Shown one piece after another: positions 1 through 13,018 of a stretch of 60,000 bases of DNA. Under the pieces are notes generated by a model. It saw only the letters and a list, made by a program, of their open reading frames with translations. It was not told where the DNA came from and searched no databases. This DNA is from Botryllus schlosseri (Eukaryota). The DNA lies in contig CM119371.1 in NCBI GenBank assembly GCA_051294905.1, positions 6,574,001 to 6,634,000 on the forward strand, given 5' to 3'. Every line of letters begins with the position of its first letter. Position 1 is the stretch's first letter. Position numbers and translations under genes: made by a program.

Positions 1-137
1 CCGCTTCAACGCGCCGTCGCCCCCTATCGCCCCCTTCGTCCGCTTTCGCCCCCCAATCGCCCCCTTCGTTATTTTCGCCCCCCTAGACCGCCAAATCGCC
101 CCCTGGGGGGCGATATCGCCCACGTTGGGAACCACTG
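1..137. mobile_element. Right end of a non-autonomous hAT-type MITE (truncated by the window start)
   Basis: Array of CGCCCC subterminal motifs ending in TIR GTTGGGAACCACTG; the same TIR class bounds the element at 10093-11652. Confidence 0.6.
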
Positions 138-439
138 CACTACACTATCTCCCCCGATCGCAATATCAATAATCCACGGTAACCGTCGGATTCTATTTTC
201 GTTTGATCAAGACGCCCACAATGAACAATGCGATGTAATGAACAGATAGGAGGATATACGACCAGTTGCAGAATCCAGCTTGACCTAGTGCCCGATGTCA
301 CAGTTCTTTTTCTGTGTTAAACTCTATTTCGCGGCTCTGTCCATCCCTTCATCGGGTCTTTTTCTGTGCTTTTTTGGTTCCGTAAGAAAGGCGACGCGGG
401 GGAAGAGGAGACCATATAAACCTCCAACGCGGAATCGAA

Positions 440-1042
440 CCATTAGAATGTACAAAATAAATTGCATATTTTATCAAAGTCAAGATAGAGACCGTATTTT
501 AGCTTTGGGACTAGCCAGAGTAAACATATCTGCGCAATGTAAGTTCATGTATCAGTTCCATTGCGGTCAATGTCTCTCAAAATTTCAACGACTACTTCAC
601 CTCGGAGTCAAAAGCGCAAAAGTACAGCGCACGCGCGTCAACGAAGAACAACTACCAAATGATCAGGACGGAATATAAAAAAACGCATTGCTCTCTCAAG
701 TATGCCGTACCCCAATTGTGGAACAGCATCTCGCCGGCTGTCCGACAGTCGTTGAGCATGTCCGCATTGAAGTCGAATACTAGCCAGCCTTCAGGATTAC
801 CGGACCACGATCTGACATCGACCTTGCCCTCCACCACCTCATTTTGTCGCTTGCGTCTTATATTCTCTGCATTACTTTTCATTCAGTGTGCATGCCTCTG
901 CTTTACTTCGCCTAGGCTAAGGTGGGTGTCTGATGTTAACGGCTCCTCCAAGTTGTTTCGACAGCTTCCTAATTTTTCATTGTATCGCAATCTTGTGATG
1001 TTTTGAAACAATGAAAATATCAATAAACCTGATTGATTGATC
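440..1042 (+). mobile_element. 3' relic of an L2/Crack-type non-LTR retrotransposon
   Basis: Translations CKFMYQFH and IRTEYKK..SLKYAVPQLWNSISPAVRQSLSMSALK resemble the ORF2 C-terminus of CR1/L2-group elements; ends in AATAAA followed by a (TGAT)n tail at ~1023-1041. Confidence 0.65.
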
Positions 1043-1965
1043 TACATATTGACTAGCAAGTATTAGAATGTGCAACATAAATTGCATATTTTATCTAAGT
1101 CGAGATAGAGGCTGTATTTCAGCTTTGGGAATAGCCTGGGTAAATATATCCGCACAATGAAGTGGTTCTTGACCTTTTCATAGCCGTGGCCAAATTTTCA
1201 TTTCAAAAATATGCAATGACCCACCACTCAGAGAGAGAGAGTCTTTATTTTTTCATCCAATCAAAATACATAAAAACACAGACGGCAGTGATGGTGGTAC
1301 AGAAAATATGCATGCACGAGCGATACTAATCTGATCACACCAGCATCAAACAGGTACACTTGATTCTATACAGTCTGGCTGTACAATGTTAGTTGACAAA
1401 GGAAAATTTGAACGACGGTACGGTATAGCCTCAATACCCATATAAGCGGCGGTAATATGGCAAGCTTAGGCCAGACAGAGGTGACGCATTCCATGGACGT
1501 TGTTACATTACAATTCCCTTGTAATCGGTACAGGTTATTGTTTCAACCAGGGTTGTAACCAAGTTACAAGGCTTCGAGTCACAAGTCAATCTCGCTTTTA
1601 TAGTTTCGACTCGAGTCAAGTCGAGTCATTTTCAATTCACCACCGAGTCAACTCGGAGTCCAAGTCAGCGATCAGAGGGTCGAGTCCGAGTCCAAGTCAT
1701 TGATTTTGACGGTCCAGTTTCCAGTTAAAGTCTTGTTAACCCTCTTTTTACATCTCAGTTTGATGATATCGAATGGTTCGCATTCATAATAGGTATGCTA
1801 ATTTTCCTCACCTTAAGCAGTTTCTGGTCGCATTTTCAAGTACCAGTACCAATAGACGAAATCCCAATATTGTGGTAACTTTACTATTCTTTGATATTAC
1901 AATGAAATGTCGGTCTTGGCCGACGGCCGTCTGAGTCATATGACTTGGTTTGAGTCATACACAAT

Positions 1966-4900
1966 TAAGCCGTTTCCATGTGCGGCCACTACTTGGCTTA
2001 GCCCGCATTGGCTGAGCCAAGGAATGGTGGCCGCGTTTCCATGTACGTGTACAGTTCTACAGTACAGTCGTACACTCGTACAGCAGGCCTACATGATCAT
2101 GATCAGCGGCCGATAAACGTCGGTGAACAAAAATTGACAATCGGTACCTGTACTTAGTGGTGAAAAGTTCGTGTTGGAGAATATCGGCGATCAAGTACCA
2201 GCTAAATAGTTTGTGGAATTCTATAGCTTTTAGAGATGTTTCTGTCAAGATACCCGGAGTGGTGAACAAGGCCTATACAGCGAAAATCTTCCAAAAGGAA
2301 CTTTTGCTGTAGGGTGCTACACTGCTACAGTGTATAGCTATGGATAATATAAGGACAGTATTTAAATCAGCAACGTTGATATCCCGCGGAGGATTGTTGT
2401 TAATGCGTCCTACCAAATACCGCCGATGTAGCGAAGGTCGCCGAACCATTTCTGCCTATCCTTTCAATCCTGACTATGATTTTATAGGCTACAAATTCGT
2501 CTCTGTTTGCATGTTTCAAATATTTTGTGTTTTAATAAAGAAACCATCAATTCAACAAAGCATCAGTCATTGATCTATCCAAACATATTCTGATTGGAAA
2601 TAGATGTCAGAATCAGACATGGGGTGATTACTTTGTGAATGTAATCGATTGCGATTACCATTACTTCTGAATGACGCGATTACGATTACGATTACAGCAA
2701 AATCAGGAAGTAGTCGATTACGATTACGATTACATTGGAAAAGTAATCACGATTACTCACGATTACATTTATTTTGCATCTTAGAAGTTATATTGAATGA
2801 CAATATATGGATCGCGCTGAAAAGGCCTAATGAGATAACAACTTTCTTTAAAAAAGATGCGACATTTGCTTGTTACGTCATAAAGTACCCATGACCCATT
2901 TTATATTGAACGATTTATCGCACCCAACGATTTGCATTCTTGCCAGGTCCACAACTGCCACACCCCAAATTTCCTAATGGAGTGGGGAGCGAGCTCGAAA
3001 GGCACTCAAAAGTATTTCGTATAAGGAAACAATTATAGACTATTTTCGAGAGATTTCATGAACTTGAAAATTGTCTACGAGCATCGCGATTTAAATGTCT
3101 CTAGATAGCTTAATTTTGAAATACACAGCCTACGTCTCCTCTTTAAGAAAAAAAGCATGCATAATTTATAGTAGCAGGCGTTTAGGTGCGTCTCACGCAA
3201 GTATTTCTTTTAGTCTGCAACGTTTTGGCCACAACAATATCTTTTGATTATATAAAAGACCGGCGGTCACGAATTAGCGACATACCCTAAAGTAATTATT
3301 AACATACCAGATGTTATAAATATGAATTACGTGATCCAAGCTCTTCAGGTAAATCTGACCATCGGGGGCTGAGATAGGATTAAAAATGAATAGTGATATA
3401 ATGCAATTACCAATATTATTGACGGAATTAAATCTTCAACTGGAAAATTAACTACCCTATGGGGGCCCAAGACCAACGTTTGTAGTGGGGGACGATTTGA
3501 TGTTTTTGTCCTGATTCTAGCTACAAGCCACGATAACATCGTATATGAGCCGATGGCTATGACGGCAGGTCCAAATGTTGGGTAAAGAATTGTGAAATAA
3601 CGATTGGCGCCCGTTTCAAGCAGAATCATATGAGAATGAGAGAAAGTGAACAAAAAATAGCCTTCAACTTAGTACAGATAATGTGATGCAAGCGGCCATT
3701 ACGAGAAACGGCTCGGTCATGATATATATCAGCCGCTGTTGATTTTTAATGCTTCGTCGTGGAAACCGTAATATTTTATTTGACGAGTAGGCCACAAAAT
3801 TTCAAACCTTTGTCCGCTGTACGTTCGTACTACATAGGCCTATTGCTCGCCAAGCAGCATCTGTCAAACTGCGTTTAACTAAGCATAACAAAACATCAAT
3901 ACAAAAGTTACTATATTAGACTAGGCAGAGTGGTGATCCTGCTGCGAGGTAGTGGCGCCTGGAATGTATTGATAATCTTATATACAGCACGGTGAGTGTT
4001 TTTACACTCACACTAATGTACAATGTACATCGAATATCTTTATTCACTATGTGTGGATAGCTGTATACTTCTTACGCAATGACAAGCAAAGCTCATTGGC
4101 CATTTCTGACGTAATAATGAGCAGTGGCATTTGAAAATCTGACGTTTGCGCTATCACTAACTGGTATAATCCCTCTTCCTTGTTCACCAATGTTCAGTTT
4201 CTGTCATAGTCTTGTGCAAATAAAAAGTAATCGTTCTTTCACAAAGAAATCGATTAAATATGGGAAGTAGTCGATTACGATTACTTCGTAATTTTCTCGA
4301 ATGTAATCGATTGCGATTACGATTACCTGAAAATGCTGTAATCGTCGTAATCGATTACGATTACTAATCGCGATTACCCCATGTCTGGTCAGAATATTGG
4401 TGATAGCTAGTCGTGAAAAGGCGGTCCATGGGCTGCGTCATCCACATTGCACACCATGCTGGCAATTTGTTGCAAATATCTTTCCGCACATTCCTTCAAG
4501 AATTCGAGCTGTTCGTCGAGGTCGCCGCTTATCACTTTCAGAGCCTTTATTATTCTTCCAGATTTCAATTTCCTTTTCTTGGCGTTCCTTGAAGTACCGT
4601 ACCTGCATTATAAAAAAGTGAGTACTGGTAAAAAGCTATACAATGTACATCCTACATACCGCGATACCGGTACCACATACACAGAAAATCTGAAGAATGA
4701 CCACGAATCACCCGCCGGGATATCAATAATGGAAGTTGACGTTCCTGGCGCGCCTTCTTATACTTGATAACACAGTACACTTGCACCTAAAAATTGGCAT
4801 CCTGCTGCGGTTGATGCATCACTCCAGGCTGCTTTCAAATCATTCTGTTTTGTTAAGTAACAATAAAGTAATACGTCTATCAATAGCAAAGTACAAATTC

Positions 4901-5126
4901 AATTATTCCCGCAATTAGCTGATCCTCGATACACAAGAAACGTCCCAGTGACTGCGATAGTAAACAGACGACCATAGCGGAGCAAGATACTCTGCCAACC
5001 GTGAATTACTCTGACAACCGCTAACCGATCGGTGCAACCACTTGGCAGAGTAATTTTGCTGAGTCATGAAAGCTATGCCCATATATGGTCACTCTGCCAA
5101 CGAAACCTGCACATGGAAACGGCTTA
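1966..5126. mobile_element. Non-autonomous TIR element with 3-bp TSD, superfamily unassigned
   Basis: TIR TAAGCCGTTTCCATGTGC...GCACATGGAAACGGCTTA; AAT duplicated at 1963-1965 and 5127-5129. Removing it restores the host motif CAATGACTC seen in sister host copies (~11119, ~46386). Confidence 0.75.
2614..4387. mobile_element. hAT-type MITE (GATTAC subterminal repeats)
   Basis: TIRs CAGACATGGGGT...ACCCCATGTCTG; perfect TSD GTCAGAAT at 2606-2613 and 4388-4395; dense CGATTA arrays at both ends. Confidence 0.85.
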
Positions 5127-6982
5127 AATGACTCGAGTCATTTCCGAATTACGAAGTCGAGTCATGACTCTAGTCATTATAACCCTGGTTTCAACTCTAT
5201 AGCGGGTTGCGAGTTGACCATGGGTGTCAATATAATTTACGAGCGGCACAGTGTGAAATTTTACGGTCCTTCATGGGTTATTATCTACGATGTGGACTTC
5301 AAAAAATATAAAACTTCCAGATATTTCAAATTAGATTAGAATTATAGCTACAGTTTTTTTTTCAAATTAGAGTAAAATCATAGTAAAAGCTACACCTCTA
5401 TCCAAAATATATTAGAATCAGAATTACTGAGCTCGCAAAAGCTTTGACATTGAATCAGGTTCACTTCACATTAATACATAGTTCATGAGAATGACAAATG
5501 TCTGTACATCAACCTTGGCTCGCTTCGAACTATACAGTTCCCCTGTAGCATTTACAGGAAAATCTGAAATTAGGTTAGCATTGGAGCATAGAGACATACA
5601 TTCCCCAAATCAAATTAGAATTAGAGCAAATATACATTTCACAAATTAGAGTCGGATTACTAGCATTTCCCTCAAATTATTCTAATTAGACAACTGAAAT
5701 TATCCAGTTGCCCAAGTCTGTCTGGACTGTCTCTACCTTATTCGGTCAATGGTTTGATTTAGGGTCCGACTCGGACTGGTACTTGGGCCTGCAGTGCGCT
5801 TCTCCTGGTCACTAGATGTCGACAAAGTGAAGGGAGCGCTTTTCGTGATGAGTTCTCAATTGACAAATTTGAAATTTTGTTCGATGTCTGATTCCGTCGC
5901 CGTGACAACCTGTGACCCAGGAAGGGGGTCTGGGGATTTTACGAATTCTTCGGTTCAACTGCCGCATTCTTACTCCCCTTGATATGTTGCCTGGGATTGG
6001 GCCAGTTCAGGTTCTCGTCAATCTGCGAAAAATATGTAAAGGGTCTTTCAACACTGGCATTGGAGAATTGGGATTTTAAGGTACTTTTGAAACCATGAGA
6101 TCTCGAGATAGCATCTAAAAAGTAGTGCATACTTTGCTCATGAAGCAACGCTAAAGATCAACCGACTGATTTGAACACTCTACATCATCATGATAATGAT
6201 ACCAACTACGGCACAAGAATGAACTACACCAGTGGTCTTCAATATTTTTCAAAATGGTAGGTTTACCATTTTAAAGTTCCTCTGAGACTAGTCCATCTCT
6301 GTATTACATCAAATCGGTAGCAATCCTAATCGGAATAGGGATCTTACCCTGCTGCAATTCATCGGAAATGCTAATGCTACAAACAAATCAGATTTCGACA
6401 TAATTGGATCACAACTGAACGAGGTGGTTTTCAACCAGGGTTCTACGAAACATTAGGAAACCGCGAACCGATTGATAAATATAATTAGTGACATTGGAAG
6501 CATAGGTAGACCAACACAAACCCAGCTCTTCACACCCTCCAGTCAGATTCCAGGTTTCGAGAATGTATTTATGATTGATTATAAAAATACTTACAAAATC
6601 CATTAATTTTCAAAGACAGCACATTCTACTGCTACCTGAAGTAGGTTAACTATAAGTTGCTTGGAATAACACTACTTCTACTTGTACTGCGATGAACTTT
6701 GCGTTGCTGCTTAATACACGAGTGACTTTTTGAGCGCTTCTGATTATGCACACGAGCTCATGCAATTGCAGATAGTTATTATTATACTCAGTAACTTATT
6801 CGAGACAGCTAAGAGACTTTACTTCCGTCCGAATTTACCGCAGTCTCAGTGCGCAACATTTATTACATGATTTCTTGGACCAGCTCGGAATGAGTAAATG
6901 CTGGATGTAGACGTAGGCAGAGTGTAAATGTTGTTGTGCTCATGTCAAGTGAGATATCATAGTGATATGAATATCTAGGGCA

Positions 6983-9900
6983 TATATATATCGACTTTTC
7001 AATTAGAGTAAAATGAAAAGGGCAAAAGAAAACAGGAAACAAAAAAAAACATCAAGATAATCAGTTTTAGGCTCGTATTAAGCGTCTCCAACGTAGGCGG
7101 TCGTGGGCGTCTTCAAGCGACAGCCCGCGTTGCGCTAGGTCAGTCTCCATTGTCGAGCGCCATGTTTTCCGATTCCAGCCACCTCTGCGCCATGGCTCCG
7201 TCGGAATGTGATTGATGATGGCGGCGGCTGGTTGCTCGTCTTGGTGCCGCACTAGATGCCCGATTAGGCGGAAGCGTTGTTCAGCTGCCAGTAGACGGCA
7301 TGGGACCGTTCCTGTGAGCTCTCGCAATGCATTCGTGGATATATGCTCCGGATGGTGAATGCCGAGTGCATAGCGGAGGAGTGCGTCGTAGTTAGGGTTG
7401 AGCGCCTTAGCCAGCTTCTCTGTCAGCGTGAGTGCCTCTATTCCGTATAGAGGCTCGACAGTGGCACGGAAGATACGGGTCTTGAGCTGGGTTGAGGCAC
7501 TTGAATGGAAGAGGCTATGTAGCCGTCTTGCCGCGCCCCAGGCCTTTGCTCGCCTCGTCTTGAGCGCTTTTCAAGAGTCGGCGACGTCAATACCGAGGTA
7601 CACAAAACTCGTTACATACTTGAGATCGATTTCTCCCAGTTGAATCGGTGTCGCGTTCTTCGGTAGAGCTGGTATGGCCAGGACCTCAGTCTTCTTGGCG
7701 TTGATCTGGAGTCCAACAAGAGCGGCGGCGGCCTCTAGCTGGTTAATGAGGCGCTGTGCCGATGCGGTGTTCGGGGCAAGCAAGGCTAGGTCGTCTGCGT
7801 AGGCAAGAATACCTACGTGTATTGCCTCGCGAGTCGTACGGGTGCACGTTCCTTGCCGTGGCCACCATTCAAAGAAGTTCGTATTATCCGGGAAGGCCGT
7901 TCGTAGGACGAAGTCAAGGATGACCACGAACAGGAATGGTGCCAGGGTGTCACCTTGAAGCACACCAGCCGAAGTGTTGAAATCTCCGCTTGGGCCGTCA
8001 TCTGTTCGGACTCGCGCTCGTGTGTCAGTGTAGAGGGCCATAATGGCGTACGTTTTCACCTCAGGAATTCCGTAGAATCTGAGGATCTCTGCCATGGCTG
8101 GGCGCGAGACCGAGTCGAAGGCTTTCGCGAAATCAACGAAGACGGCCACAACATTCTTTTTGCGCGAGCGACAGGTGTCATTGATTGTGCGCAGTGCCAG
8201 GATGTGCTCTGTAGTACCGCGAGATGGTCGAAATCCATTCTGAGCATTCAGGAGCTTGGTAGAGAGTTGCTCACGTATGCGAAGGAGCAATACTCGGTCG
8301 AACAACTTGGCAGCGGTCTGCATCAGGGAGATGCCTCTGTAGTTCGCTGGGTCACTTGCATCGCCTTTCTTGTAGATAGGGACAATTTCGCTCTCGAGCC
8401 ACTCAGGGGGCACCGGGCCGCCTTCTAGGACGCCATTCATGACGTCGAGGAGCACAGGTGCAACGCCCGAGGTGTAAGCAGCTGTTGGGATGCCGTCCGT
8501 GCCGGTGGCCTTGAATTGTGGTACTCCACGCATGGCTGTCTTGAGATCACCTAGCGTGATCAGGGCTGTATTGATCGCTAGAGGATTTCCTGCTAGTGAA
8601 GGCGGTGCAACGAGCACATCGATGTCCGGTGCAGGTGTAGATAACAGGGTCTCGAAGTGTGCAGCGAGGTCTTCCGTACAGGCCTTCACGCGGTCCCTCT
8701 TGAAGCCAACTAGTTCACCGATGGCTTTCCAGGCTGCTCTTGATCGGCCTGCTTCCAACTTGTTTTCCACGGAAAGGGCAATAGCTTCGACTCGTTCCTT
8801 GCGAGCTGCGTCGTAAACGTTTGCAAGGTACAGAGCTGCCTCGTTAGCATCGCTATGTGCGTCCGGTGTTCCAGAGGTGTACGCAGCACGTCTGAGAGTC
8901 TTAAGGTTACGGCGTGCACTGAGCACTGTTGGGTCGGATTCCCAGGCTAATTTTGGCCGTGGCTTGCTACGGGCCTCACCGAGCGTTTCGCGGGCTGCAT
9001 CCTTGACTGCTGCTACAAGTGGCGCAAAGGCGGTCGGTATAGTATTTTGGATCTCGAGGGCGTGGAGTGTTTGCATGGTAAAGACATTCATCTTATTTGC
9101 GTCCTTCAGATCGAACCAATTTGGTAGCGGCTCCTTCGGTGTGCGCTTCGGGATGAAGCGTGGCCAACACCAAGCGATGGTCACTGCTGATCGTTAGCAT
9201 GCGCACCGTTCGGCAGTTCGTGAAATGGCGCCGTGCGGGAGCATTGCAGCAGATATAATCCAGCCGTGTGTTGCGTTGGCGCATACCGTCAAATGTCGCC
9301 CTACGCTTCGGCTTCATAGAGAAGTTGGCGTTGAGAGGAATGAGGTCGCAGCGGTCGAGTAGATTAGTGGAATGCTCCGAGTTGCTGTTCTCGTTGCCAA
9401 CTGGGAAGCGAACTCGCTGCGAGCGCTCGGCCAACGTGGCATTCATGTCCCCAAGCAGCATGGTTATGTCGAGCTGCGGGTAAGTTGATAGAATGCCTTC
9501 TAGTTGGTCGTAGAAAGCGAGCGTATCAGCTGCGAAGGCAGTGGTGTTCGGAGATGTTGGTCCATACGCACACACGAGGTGCAGTTTGCGGCGACGGAGT
9601 TGAATACTGGCTGTGATAATGCGGCTGTTTATAACGTCAATCTTTGCCTCAGCGTGGAAACGCTGGGATAAGATTAGACCGACGCCTCCAACTCCGCCTT
9701 GGTTGGCAGGTGAGTGGATCATGATGATGCCTGCGCCTAGGTGTTTTTCGCGGAATGGTTCAGTGAAGTGTTGGCGATGTTCTTGGATTGCCAACGCATC
9801 AAGTTTGAGGTCAGTCACAAGTGCGGCAGCTTCTTCCTGACACCATACAGAGTTCAAAGTTCTCGTGTTCAGAGAGCATTTAGGCTAATCCTCAGGGATC

Positions 9901-10084
9901 TTGGTTGAGGCTTCGGGTCCCCGGCGCCGCCCGGCAGATCCCACTTTGCGACTTGGTCTACTCTGTTCTTTACTGCCTATACTGCGCAGCACGTCCAAGC
10001 TGTACGTAATCATGACAAGCAATCAGCTAGCGGAGCGAGAAATACACGTCTGCACTCGGCGATTGACTAAAGCGACTCGCTTTA
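6983..10084 (-). mobile_element. Near full-length RTE-clade LINE (APE + reverse transcriptase), inactivated
   Basis: APE motifs (SLNTRTL, LAIQEH, GGVG, LGDMNA, LDYI, SDH) and RT motifs (NYRGISL, QNGFR, FVDFAKAFDSV, GVLQGDTLAPFLF, YADD, YLG). Single ORF from ATG 10013 to 7067 broken by a TAG (~9885), a frameshift (~9150) and a TGA (7571-7573). (TA)n tail at ~6983; 10-bp TSD ATCTAGGGCA at 6973-6982 and 10085-10094. Confidence 0.93.
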
Positions 10085-10092
10085 ATCTAGGG

Positions 10093-11652
10093 CAGTGGTT
10101 CCCAACCGGGGAGGAATTCCCCCTTTGGGGGGAATTTTGCAATTTTTATGGAGGAATTCCACTTTAGAATTGTAACGGATTTCCCAAAATGTTCATGTCC
10201 GAACTGTCATGTTGGCAACCAGTTATATCAGAGCGTATAGCTGTTTTTTTGCTGAAAGTATGTTCAAATGCTATTTGAAATCTCTTTCTCCCATACAAGT
10301 TCGCGCTTGTTTTTTTTTTGAACTAGTTCAGATGTGCTGCAGTTCGCAAGACAATTTTGTAGGCCAGCGACAGCCTATCAATCAAATATATTCTAAGCAA
10401 GCAAATGTCGTGCCGATTCTATCACAAGGGCTCTAAAGAAAGTATTTATCTCATATTTTCATGTCAACATTTTCATAAAGTGACAAAAATATTCCAACGT
10501 CATTGATTCAAGTCAAAGAGATCGCTAGCCTTGCTTTATTTTTAGTGAACAGCTACTCGATCGAGAAAATGCATGTTAAACTTGGTGCAATGTTGCCGAA
10601 ACCGAATGAGAGTCCTGAATTTCAATGAGCTCAAGCAGGAAATCTGATCACGTGTATGTTATATATCAGAGTATATATCAGGGCTGTAACCAAGTCACGA
10701 GGCTCCGAGTCACAAGTCAATTTCACTTCCATAGTTTTGACTCGAGTCAAGTCGAGTCATTTTCAATTCACCATTGAGTCAAGTCCGACAGTCCAAGTCA
10801 CCGACCATAGGGTCGAGTCCGAGTTATGGTATTATGACTCGAGTCCGAGTCCAATTCCTTGTGTTGACTGCTCAGTTTCCAGTTAAAGTCTTGTTTAACT
10901 CACTTTCTATAACTCTGTTTGGTGATTTTGAATGATTTTGATTTATAATATACTAATTTTCCTCACTTTGAGCAGTTTATTGTCGCATTCTCAAGTACCA
11001 GGACCAATAGACGAAATTCCCATAGGAAGGCCACTTTACTGTTCTTTGAAATTACAATGAAATGTCGGTCTTGGCCGTCTTATAGTCACGAGTCACATGG
11101 CTTGGTTCGAGTCATGTACAATGACTCCAAGCCGAGTCAATACACAGATTGTCTCTAGTCGAGTCGAGTCGTTTCCCTATTTTGAGAAAATGACTCGAGT
11201 CAAGTCGAGTCATCAGAAAATGCTGACTCGAGTCCGACTCGAGTGTGGTTAATCCTGCTATATATGAAAATACCAATATTATTGGCCAAATGCATACGCA
11301 CACTTGGGAAAAAAATCGCGAGACCAGCAAATTAATGCATACTAATATTTAACAGTAGTTATATTAGCGAAAGCCGAAAACACAAATGAAAGTATGGGGG
11401 TCTGTTGAGTCAAGCCTTCCAGAATTTGTTTGATTGGGACCAAGACCATTGTTTTTGGAGGTCTACGAAGTATTGTTACAGCCCTGCTAGAAACAGACAC
11501 TCCGTACCTCCGGTCTTATTCTTCGGTCAACATGTGATTGCGTCGTAAAAAATGACCTGTTTTAATCATCGGGCAGATTTCTCCTATGGGGGTAATTTTG
11601 GCTCTAATTTCGGCCAAGGGAGGGACGAGATGAAAAAGGTTGGGAACCACTG
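10093..11652. mobile_element. hAT-type MITE (CAGTGGTTCCCAAC TIR)
   Basis: TIRs CAGTGGTTCCCAACC...GGTTGGGAACCACTG; degenerate TSD ATCTAGGG/GGCTAGGG; the paralogous site in unit D (~58685) is empty. Confidence 0.8.
10679..11257. mobile_element. GACTC-family hAT MITE nested in the 10093-11652 element
   Basis: CAGGGCTGTAACC start, TAATCCTG end, TSD GTATATAT/CTATATAT; alignable to 1548-1965 and 46000-46577. Confidence 0.8.
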
Positions 11653-13018
11653 GGCTAGGGGATTTCATTCGGAAACCTTCAACATTGCCAGACAGAATGT
11701 TTGCTATATATTTGTAACACTGTTCACTGTTTCCGATTCTGGATATGTTACAATATTTCACAGCAACTTACCTGAAGTCATAACGATTCCTGGAAATCTT
11801 GATCTTGTCTTTTGGCAGGAGACAAGGTCTGGAAGAAAATCTCATAATTACACAGTCGATACAAATATAGTCTTGAATCAGACTAGGACAACTGGAATAT
11901 TTTCAGCATTTCCAAATTAGATTAGAATTAGAATTAGGCCTACAGTTTACAGTTACAAAGTTTTTTTCCAAATCAGAGTAGAATTCGAATTATAGCTACA
12001 GTTATTTCAAATTGAATTAAAATTAGAATTATAGCTACAGCTTTGTCCAAATTAGATTAGAATTACAATTACTGAATTCGCGAAAGCTTAGACATTGAAT
12101 CAGGTTCCGCTTATATCGAACCATGGTCCTTTCTTATGAGCATGAGAATAGCAAATGTCTGTACAGCTGGGCTTGGACATTGACTCAAGTCCTATTCATA
12201 TCGGATCATAGTTGCGAGCACGAAAACGACGACAAATGTCTGTACTGCAAGCTTGGCTAATTTCACACTTACACAGTACTCCTGCAGCATTATCAGGAAA
12301 ACCAGAAATTTAAATGGAAAATAAGATTAGAGCATAGAAACAATTCACAAATTAGCTTAGAATTAGAGCAAAGAAACATTTTAAAAATTAGATAAGAATT
12401 AGAATACCGGTACTAGCATTTAGGAAGATTTATTTGGTCATTAAACTCTGCCCGGTGCCTTACGTCACATCAACGATGTAATCACGGTAACCATCCCAAA
12501 AAAGAGCTCACTCATGATCAGCACAACGAATATAGAAGCGTGCTTGAATGAATGCTTTTAAATGAGATTTCAAGAACACGGGGAGGGTGGCTAGTAGGAA
12601 GACTTGGACAACTCGATAGTTCTAGTTGTCTAATTTCACTAAATTAGAGCGAAATGCCAGTAATCTAATTCTAATCTAATTTGTGAAATGTTCGTATGCT
12701 CTAATTTTGATTCTAATATAATTCATTGTTTTCCTGAAAATGCCTCTTTGCATGAAGCATTTTGCAGCGTGTTAACAGGAATACCCCCATTGCGTAGGGA
12801 AATCCAGTGCCAAGCCGCCATCGCCTTGCATCGACATCTTCCAGTAAGAGTAGTTATCGTGACGAATATTAGCCCGCTAGCGAACAACATTCTAGTTTTT
12901 GAAACCTTACGTTAGTACAACGCCGTTCTGACTAACATGGCCGATGCTCATGGTTACCACAAAAGAAGTAATATTTTATTAAAGTGGTGCGAATACAAGC
13001 AATAGCATGATCATAAAC

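Larger units (their letters stand above)
1548..5187. mobile_element. hAT-type MITE (GACTC/GAGTC subterminal family) hosting two nested elements
   Basis: TIRs CAGGGTTGTAA...TTATAACCCTG; perfect 8-bp TSD GTTTCAAC at 1540-1547 and 5188-5195. Confidence 0.85.

Noticed and set aside
1600..4380. CRISPR-like arrays suggested by recurrent GACTCGAGTC and CGATTA motifs
   Set aside because: Short, irregularly spaced motifs inside TIR/TSD-bounded MITEs; no constant repeat-spacer period and no cas genes.
7398..9840. Plus-strand ORFs over the LINE, and minus-strand ORFs over the Gypsy element
   Set aside because: Antisense shadows of GC-rich retroelement coding sequence with no recognisable domains.
11915..12075. 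Interstitial telomeric repeat (TTAGAA/TTAGA)n
   Set aside because: Not TTAGGG; these are subterminal repeats of the CAGACTTGGACAAC MITE family.
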